This document shows positions 48,353-53,899 of a stretch of 53,899 bases of DNA, in pieces (position 1 is the first letter of the stretch; every line of letters starts with the position of its first letter). The notes below the pieces were generated by a model. That model had not been told where the DNA came from and searched no databases. It saw nothing but the letters and a program-made list of their open reading frames with translations. Origin of the DNA: Syntrophaceae bacterium (GTDB lineage: Bacteria; Desulfobacterota; Desulfomonilia; Desulfomonilales; Desulfomonilaceae); assembly GCA_031292235.1 (NCBI GenBank), contig JARLHM010000055.1, forward strand, positions 1 to 53,899. Direction: 5' to 3'. The position numbers were made by a program, and so were the translations under genes.

Positions 48353-49390
48353 ATGATTAAGGATTCAATAGAAAAAGCGGTTTCAGGAAATGACATCTCC
48401 GAAGCCCAGATGATGGAGACCATGGAAGAGATAATGGAAGGCCGCGCAACTCAAGCTCAGATCGGCGCCCTCCTGATAGCCTTGAGGATGAAAGGCGAGA
48501 CAGTTGAAGAAATTACTGCCGCTGCAAAAGTGATGAGATCCAAGAGTTCTCACATACCTTACAAATGCGAGGAAGGAGAAATTCTCATCGACACATGCGG
48601 TACTGGAGGCGATTGCTCCAACACCTTTAATGTTTCAACTACTGCGGCGTTTGTGGTTGCAGGCGCTGGAGTAAAGGTCGCTAAACACGGCAATCGGTCC
48701 GTCTCAAGCAAATGCGGCAGCGCGGACTTGATGGAAGCCCTGGGATTGCCGTTGGACCTTTCCCCAGAGCAAGTCGCCTTGTGCATACGGCAAGTAGGTA
48801 TCGGTTTCCTGTTCGCTCCCCTTTTACACACCGCCATGAAATACGCTATCGGTCCCAGACGCGAGTTGGGGCTTCGGACGATATTCAACCTTTTGGGACC
48901 GTTAACTAATCCTGCCGGAGCGCAGGTTCAGTTGATGGGGGTATACGATAATCAGATGGTCAAACCTTTAACTCATGTGATAGCAAGACTTGGGGCCAAA
49001 AAGGCCTTTGTCGTTCATGGTCACGGCGGACTGGATGAAATCAGCCTTAGTGGGCCAACGCTAGTTGGATTGGCCGAGAATGGCGAAGTTTCATTCAGAT
49101 ATATGGAACCATCGGATTTTGGGTTGAAAGGTAATGCTTCGGTAGCAATCGGTGGTGGAAACGCGCAGGAGAACGCTGCCATTACCAAATCTGTGCTAAA
49201 CGGAGATTCGGGACCGTATAGAGATGTGGTTCTCTTGAATGCAGCCGCCGCTTTGGTGGCGGCTGATCGAGGCAAGACCCTCATGGAGGGGATGGCTTTG
49301 TCAACTTTTTCAATTGATTCAGGCGCCGCGTTGAACAAATTGGACGAACTGATCAAATTCGCTAAGTCTCTGAAAGATGGAGGACACTAA
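48353..49390 (+). CDS. trpD: anthranilate phosphoribosyltransferase
   Basis: DTCGTGGD, KHGNRSVSS, NLLGPLTNP. ATG 48353 follows GGAGGAAACC. The tracked ORF starts at TTG 48341, inside the SD. Confidence 0.95.
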   Translation: MIKDSIEKAVSGNDISEAQMMETMEEIMEGRATQAQIGALLIALRMKGETVEEITAAAKVMRSKSSHIPYKCEEGEILIDTCGTGGDCSNTFNVSTTAAFVVAGAGVKVAKHGNRSVSSKCGSADLMEALGLPLDLSPEQVALCIRQVGIGFLFAPLLHTAMKYAIGPRRELGLRTIFNLLGPLTNPAGAQVQLMGVYDNQMVKPLTHVIARLGAKKAFVVHGHGGLDEISLSGPTLVGLAENGEVSFRYMEPSDFGLKGNASVAIGGGNAQENAAITKSVLNGDSGPYRDVVLLNAAAALVAADRGKTLMEGMALSTFSIDSGAALNKLDELIKFAKSLKDGGH

Positions 49391-50192
49391 TTTGCTAGCC
49401 TCAACACACGATTTTTTTCTGACGGTAATTGAGAACAAGAAACGGGAAGTTGAAAAGCTCAAAGAGATTGGGATGACAATGCTGGGAATGCTTGCCGAGG
49501 GAGCGCCTAAGCCCCTAGATTTCCTTGAAAGACTTCGGAGTGATAGATCAGTTCCAATTATTGCGGAAATAAAGAAATCAGCGCCATCCTGGAATGGTCT
49601 TCGAAAAAATGTTGATATTGAAAGTTTCGCCAAAGCGTACCAGTATAATGGCGCCGCAGCCATATCCGTCCTTACCGATTCTCCATTCTTTGGGGGCTCT
49701 ATTGATGATTTAACCGCAGTTCGTTATCAGGTCATTCTTCCGCTACTGAGAAAGGATTTCATCATAGGCGCCGAACAGTTATACGAATCGAGGGCGGCGC
49801 AGGCTGACGCTGTATTGCTCATAGTGGCGGTCCTGGATGACCATGAACTCTCGCGACTCTATAAGACCGCCTTAACCTTGGGTATGACCCCACTTCTTGA
49901 AGTACACGATGAGCATGAAGCGCAAAGGGCGCTCAAGCTTGATCCACGTTTAATCGGAATCAACAACCGCAATTTGAAAACACTGGAGGTAGACCTCGGG
50001 GTCTCAGAGCGACTCAGAAAGATGATTCCTGAGCACGTCATCGTTATCGCGGAGAGCGGCGTAGGGACTGTGGCTGATGTCCAAAGACTCCTGGCCGCTG
50101 GAGTCAATGGGTTCCTTATCGGAACGGCCTTGATGAAGTCCTCTGATCCAGGAAAGACGCTGAATTCATTTGTTAGCGTTGGGAGGGCATGA
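49377..50192 (+). CDS. trpC: indole-3-glycerol-phosphate synthase
   Basis: IIAEIKKSAPS, LRKDFI, GINNRNL, ESG. Confidence 0.93.
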   Translation: MEDTNLLASTHDFFLTVIENKKREVEKLKEIGMTMLGMLAEGAPKPLDFLERLRSDRSVPIIAEIKKSAPSWNGLRKNVDIESFAKAYQYNGAAAISVLTDSPFFGGSIDDLTAVRYQVILPLLRKDFIIGAEQLYESRAAQADAVLLIVAVLDDHELSRLYKTALTLGMTPLLEVHDEHEAQRALKLDPRLIGINNRNLKTLEVDLGVSERLRKMIPEHVIVIAESGVGTVADVQRLLAAGVNGFLIGTALMKSSDPGKTLNSFVSVGRA

Positions 50193-50809
50193 TGGTTCGT
50201 GTCAAGATTTGTGGGATTACCAGCTCGGAAGACGCTTCTATTGCCGCCGCAATGGGGGCCGACGCCCTAGGTTTTGTATTCGCGCCTAGCCCGAGGCAGG
50301 TTTCATTGGACAAGGCGTTTGGAATTTCACGTTCTTTACCTCCCTTTGTTCAGACAGTCGGGGTCTTTGTTGACGCTGATATTGAGGAAGTAATTTTTTT
50401 TAGAAATCATTTACGATTGGATCTTGTTCAGTTAAGTGGATCAGAGACCGACGCCTACATTCGCGCGTTGGGATCACGGGTAATCAAGACGGTCCATGTA
50501 AAAAATGGATTCAAACCAGAACCCAATATTCACGCCGAAGCTACCATCCTTCTGGATACCGCCGCAGACGGATTGAAGGGTGGAACAGGCAAGGCTTTTG
50601 ATTGGGACCTCGCTGCTGACGTGGCGGTTAAGCGACCTATAATTCTAGCTGGCGGGTTAACGCCGGAAAATGTGGCGATAGCCGTTAAGAAAGTTCAACC
50701 TTATGCGGTAGACGTTTCCAGTGGAGTAGAAATAGAACCAGGCAGGAAAGACCATGACAAAATCAGGAACTTTATACAAAGAGCAAAAACAGCAGGTTTC
50801 AGCGCCTGA
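50189..50809 (+). CDS. trpF: phosphoribosylanthranilate isomerase
   Basis: [33 protein letters not shown]. Confidence 0.93.
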   Translation: MMVRVKICGITSSEDASIAAAMGADALGFVFAPSPRQVSLDKAFGISRSLPPFVQTVGVFVDADIEEVIFFRNHLRLDLVQLSGSETDAYIRALGSRVIKTVHVKNGFKPEPNIHAEATILLDTAADGLKGGTGKAFDWDLAADVAVKRPIILAGGLTPENVAIAVKKVQPYAVDVSSGVEIEPGRKDHDKIRNFIQRAKTAGFSA

Positions 50810-52052
50810 TCAAAACGGTTACTTCGGCAGATTCGGGGGCCGTTTTGTTCCAGAAACACTTATGCCTGCGTTAGAAAAGCTATCAGAAACGTACAATCGA
50901 GTAAAAAATGACCCACCATTTGCGACTGAGCTAAAGGATCTTCTCAAGGATTACGCCGGGCGTGAGACCCCTTTGTATTATGCGCGGCGACTTTCTGAAA
51001 AACTTGGAGGCGCTAGGATTTTTCTGAAACGTGAGGACTTGACGCACACGGGCGCACACAAGATCAATAACGCTCTTGGACAAGTATTGCTAGCTGCCAG
51101 GATGGGTAAGACCCGGATAATTGCGGAAACCGGGGCAGGACAGCATGGTGTCGCTACAGCAACCGCCGCAGCGCTCATGGGACTGGAATGTGTTGTCTAT
51201 ATGGGCAGTCTCGACATTGTACGGCAGGCCCTAAATGTAACTCGTATGAAAATGTTGGGCGCGCAGGTTGTGCCGGTAAATGATGGTAGTTGTTCTCTCA
51301 AAGACGCTGTCAACGCCGCAATCCGTGATTGGGTTACAAATGTCGCTAACACGCACTACATAATCGGATCGGTAATAGGGCCTCATCCATATCCAATGAT
51401 TGTTCGGGATTTTCAGTGCGTGATTGGGAAAGAGGCGAGGAAACAGATGCTCGAACAGGCCAAGAAACTGCCCGATGTCGCAATCGCGTGTGTAGGGGCG
51501 GGCAGTAACGCTATTGGGCTTTTCCACGCTTTTCTGGGTGATCCCGTTCGTTTAATTGGGGTTGAAGCCGCGGGATACGGTCTGGATACTGGGCGTCATG
51601 CGGCCAGCCTGTGCGCCGGTAGTCCCGGGGTCCTTCACGGAGCGCTCCTTTACCTGTTGCAGGACGAAAACGGGCAAATCACTGAGGCCCATTCTATAGC
51701 CGCGGGATTGGACTACCCTGGAGTAGGGCCGGAACATGGAATGCTCAAAGATATCGAACGAGTCACATATGTTGCAGTCACCGATCAGGAAGCTGTTCAG
51801 GGTTTCATGGAGCTTGCGGGCATTGAGGGGATAATACCAGCGCTCGAAAGCGCTCACGCAATCGCCTACCTCAAGAAATTCGCAGGGACCATGTCCAAAG
51901 ATGACACCATCCTGGTATGTCTTTCCGGCCGCGGCGACAAGGATGTGGCCCAAGTGGCGGAATATCTTGATTCAAAAAGTGTTTCGGGTTCAGATGAAAA
52001 TGATTCGAAGAGCGCTAATTACTCTTCGACTTCGGCGGAGAATCAAAAATGA
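50754..52052 (+). CDS. trpB: tryptophan synthase beta chain
   Basis: [22 protein letters not shown] (PLP Lys), [16 protein letters not shown]. 56-nt overlap with trpF. Ser/Asp-rich tail of about 30 aa. Confidence 0.95.
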   Translation: MTKSGTLYKEQKQQVSAPDQNGYFGRFGGRFVPETLMPALEKLSETYNRVKNDPPFATELKDLLKDYAGRETPLYYARRLSEKLGGARIFLKREDLTHTGAHKINNALGQVLLAARMGKTRIIAETGAGQHGVATATAAALMGLECVVYMGSLDIVRQALNVTRMKMLGAQVVPVNDGSCSLKDAVNAAIRDWVTNVANTHYIIGSVIGPHPYPMIVRDFQCVIGKEARKQMLEQAKKLPDVAIACVGAGSNAIGLFHAFLGDPVRLIGVEAAGYGLDTGRHAASLCAGSPGVLHGALLYLLQDENGQITEAHSIAAGLDYPGVGPEHGMLKDIERVTYVAVTDQEAVQGFMELAGIEGIIPALESAHAIAYLKKFAGTMSKDDTILVCLSGRGDKDVAQVAEYLDSKSVSGSDENDSKSANYSSTSAENQK

Positions 52053-52852
52053 CTTCTAAAATAACCTCGCAATTTGAAAAGGCGGCCATGCAAAATCGAG
52101 CGGCCTATGTTCCGTTTATAATGGGAGGTTTTCCCAATGATGACACATTCATTCGATTATTAAAGGCCCTGGATGATTGCTCCGCAGATGTCATTGAGGT
52201 CGGGGTCCCGTTCTCTGATCCGCTCGCCGATGGACCTACGATACAAAAAGCTGGGAAAATTGCTCTGGATAATGGCTCCAGCCTTAGAAAGATTCTGGGA
52301 ACACTCGGTGAGGTAAGCGTCGATATCCACGCGCCAATTGTTCTGATGACATATTGGAACCCCATTCTCAGGATGGGAGTAGACGAGTTTGGAGACAAGG
52401 CCAAAGCCGCAAACATTTCCGGTGTTATCATCCCTGATTTGCCACCGGAAGAAGCCGGATATTGGATAAAGGTCGCACGAGCGCACGAAATTGATACAAT
52501 CTTCATGGTTGCTCCCACCACGACTCCGAAAAGGCTTGAAACAATAGTGAATTTGTCAAAAGGATTCGTTTATTTGGTTTCCATGACTGGGGTCACAGGG
52601 AGCGCTCTAGTGGTAAGCGACGCATTGCTTAAAACAGTGGCCAACCTGAAAAGGTTAACATCAGTTCCTGTAGCGGTCGGTTTTGGGGTGTCGAATCCAG
52701 AGCAGGTGGCAGCGCTGTCAAATGTGGCCGACGGAGTGATAGTGGGCAGCGCCCTGATTAAAAAGTGTCTTGAAGCTGATGATGATGTAAGCGCAATTGA
52801 CGCTGTTTCGAGTTTGTCCCGTGGCATAATCGGCGCGTTAGGCAGGAATTAA
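52049..52852 (+). CDS. trpA: tryptophan synthase alpha chain
   Basis: [27 protein letters not shown]. Confidence 0.95.
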   Translation: MTSKITSQFEKAAMQNRAAYVPFIMGGFPNDDTFIRLLKALDDCSADVIEVGVPFSDPLADGPTIQKAGKIALDNGSSLRKILGTLGEVSVDIHAPIVLMTYWNPILRMGVDEFGDKAKAANISGVIIPDLPPEEAGYWIKVARAHEIDTIFMVAPTTTPKRLETIVNLSKGFVYLVSMTGVTGSALVVSDALLKTVANLKRLTSVPVAVGFGVSNPEQVAALSNVADGVIVGSALIKKCLEADDDVSAIDAVSSLSRGIIGALGRN

Positions 52853-52992
52853 TTCCCCCATCGCTTGAAACAATTTCACAACGGGCTGTCTATAACAAAT
52901 AGTGTCGGTTTCTGGATTTTGCATTTGCATAATTATCAGAAACTGTAGTAATTGACGCGTCTTATAGCATATTTATCAGAAAGGACTAAAAC

Positions 52993-53538
52993 ATGAGAAA
53001 AATCTTGATTAGTATGTGCATGCTTGCGCTCTGCGCCGTTTCTCCTCTAGTTTACGCAGCGGGAAATGAACACGGTCAGGTTAACAAAGCCGCCGAACCA
53101 CAGAAGGAACCGACTCAATCGGCCCCTCACACCCAGAAAGACATGATGTCCAGCATGATGGAGATGATGCAAAAGTGTAAGGCCATGATGTCCAGCGAGA
53201 AATTTTCACCGATGTCGATAATTTCAAGGACAAAGGACTTGGGGTTGACTGACGAGCAGGTGAAAGAACTCAAGGAAATCGACAAAGAAAGCGCAGCTAA
53301 GGCCAAGGCTGTTTTGAAACCTGACCAGGTCACCAAGATGGAAGCATTGGCCGGTCAACAGAAGATGATGTGCCCCATGATGAATATGATGAACAAGAAT
53401 GGAGATTCCAAAGACAAAACACCCGGCATGCCGATGAAAGAGATGAAAGGCGATAAAATGGAACCCGGCATGAAAATGAAAGATACTAACGGTGAGGCTA
53501 AGCCATCCAGCCAAGATGGAATGAAGATGGGTAAATAG
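52993..53538 (+). CDS. periplasmic Met-rich protein with LTxxQ (Spy/CpxP/ZraP-like) motif
   Basis: Signal peptide MRKILISMCMLALCAVSPLVYA/AG, central LGLTDEQVKELKEI, and clusters MMSSMMEMM, MMCPMMNMM, PGMPMKEMKGDKMEPGMKMK. Confidence 0.75.
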   Translation: MRKILISMCMLALCAVSPLVYAAGNEHGQVNKAAEPQKEPTQSAPHTQKDMMSSMMEMMQKCKAMMSSEKFSPMSIISRTKDLGLTDEQVKELKEIDKESAAKAKAVLKPDQVTKMEALAGQQKMMCPMMNMMNKNGDSKDKTPGMPMKEMKGDKMEPGMKMKDTNGEAKPSSQDGMKMGK

Positions 53539-53576
53539 CGAGTCTTTAGGGCTTCCGAGTCACTTAAGGAGACAAC

Positions 53577-53642
53577 AAAAACACAGGGACAATCCCGGTC
53601 GTTGGAAGACGACGCCTCTTCGGATTGACCTGTGTTTTTTTC
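53577..53642 (+). terminator. long-hairpin intrinsic terminator
   Basis: AAAAACACAGG-GACAAUCC ... GGAUUGAC-CCUGUGUUUUUUU with an inner GUCGU/ACGAC helix. U-tract at 53636-41. Confidence 0.75.
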
Positions 53643-53732
53643 TAATATAGTCGGTCGGTCAGGCGGCATTTCTGGGAACCGTGCGTCTGGTTCTTACGCC
53701 GCAGTTAGATTTTGTCAGAAATCGAACTAAGG

Positions 53733-53760
53733 TTGACAGAATACAAGCATTTGTTTTAAT
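53733..53760 (+). promoter_or_regulatory. candidate promoter for tRNA-Thr
   Basis: TTGACA (53733-38), 16-nt spacer, TTTAAT (53755-60). About 40 nt upstream of the mature tRNA 5' end. Confidence 0.4.
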
Positions 53761-53803
53761 TTGTTCGATTGTGTGGGGACTGTTGTCTTCACTCTCCAGC
53801 GGG

Positions 53804-53878
53804 GCCGAGGTAGCTCAGTGGTAGAGCAGATGATTCGTAATCATCAGGCCGTGGGTTCAACTCCCATCCTCGGCTCCA
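53804..53878 (+). tRNA. tRNA-Thr (anticodon CGU), CCA encoded
   Basis: Cloverleaf folded by hand. Acceptor GCCGAGG/CCUCGGC, D arm GCUC-AGUGGUA-GAGC, anticodon arm GAUGA-UUCGUAA-UCAUC, 5-nt variable loop, T arm GUGGG-UUCAACU-CCCAU, discriminator U, then CCA. Confidence 0.93.
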
Positions 53879-53899
53879 GAATTACATAGAAGTTCCGCC

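Noticed and set aside
53662-53702. Two-tier hairpin (GCGGC...GGAACC-loop-GGUUCU...GCCGC) between the Met-rich gene terminator and the tRNA promoter
   Set aside because: There is no U-tract on either strand and no recognisable motif, so I cannot assign a function. The overlapping 104-aa minus ORF (53355-53669) is antisense to the Met-rich gene and looks spurious.
1-53899. Searched for CRISPR arrays, IS or transposase ends, integrases, phage genes, toxin-antitoxin pairs and defence islands
   Set aside because: No spaced direct-repeat array, no inverted terminal repeats flanking an ORF, and no recombinase-like ORF was seen. Gene content is housekeeping throughout.

Overview
This 53.9-kb window is chromosomal core from a Gram-negative bacterium. 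Gene content and order (topA-dprA, dusB-fis, zapA followed by rny, a long HflX) tentatively suggest a Desulfobacterota/deltaproteobacterial type. I can support about 50 protein genes and one tRNA-Thr(CGU). I saw no rRNA, CRISPR array, transposase, integrase or phage genes. The left two thirds are housekeeping genes: topA, dprA, sppA, guaB, argC, glmU, dusB-fis, zapA, rny, argJ, hflX, hup and others. They also contain a few odd proteins: a 1134-aa GlmS-like amidotransferase, a leaderless heparinase II/III-like protein coupled to a TIGR00725/LOG-like gene, a P-loop GTPase with a membrane hairpin, and a degenerate histidine-kinase-like protein. The right third (37.6-52.9 kb) is a contiguous 15-gene aromatic amino-acid supraoperon: trpE-trpG-aroA-aroE-aroKB-aroC-aroQ | aroF-pheA-tyrA | trpD-trpC-trpF-trpB-trpA. 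The most interesting signals are regulatory RNAs in this block, which appears to hold three ribosome-mediated transcription attenuators. The first is a stand-alone Trp leader ORF ahead of trpE. The second is a 38-codon leader with the run YFYFWRFYYF and two tandem terminators ahead of aroF. The third seems to use the last codons of tyrA itself (AWGWWR...) as the leader peptide for the terminator in front of trpD. Secondary observations are two genes whose best start appears non-canonical (an M50 protease with AUC, zapA with CUG), a frame-split ZapB-like ORF behind a consensus promoter, and a possible 6S RNA downstream of zapA. All structures were folded by eye and need computational and experimental confirmation.
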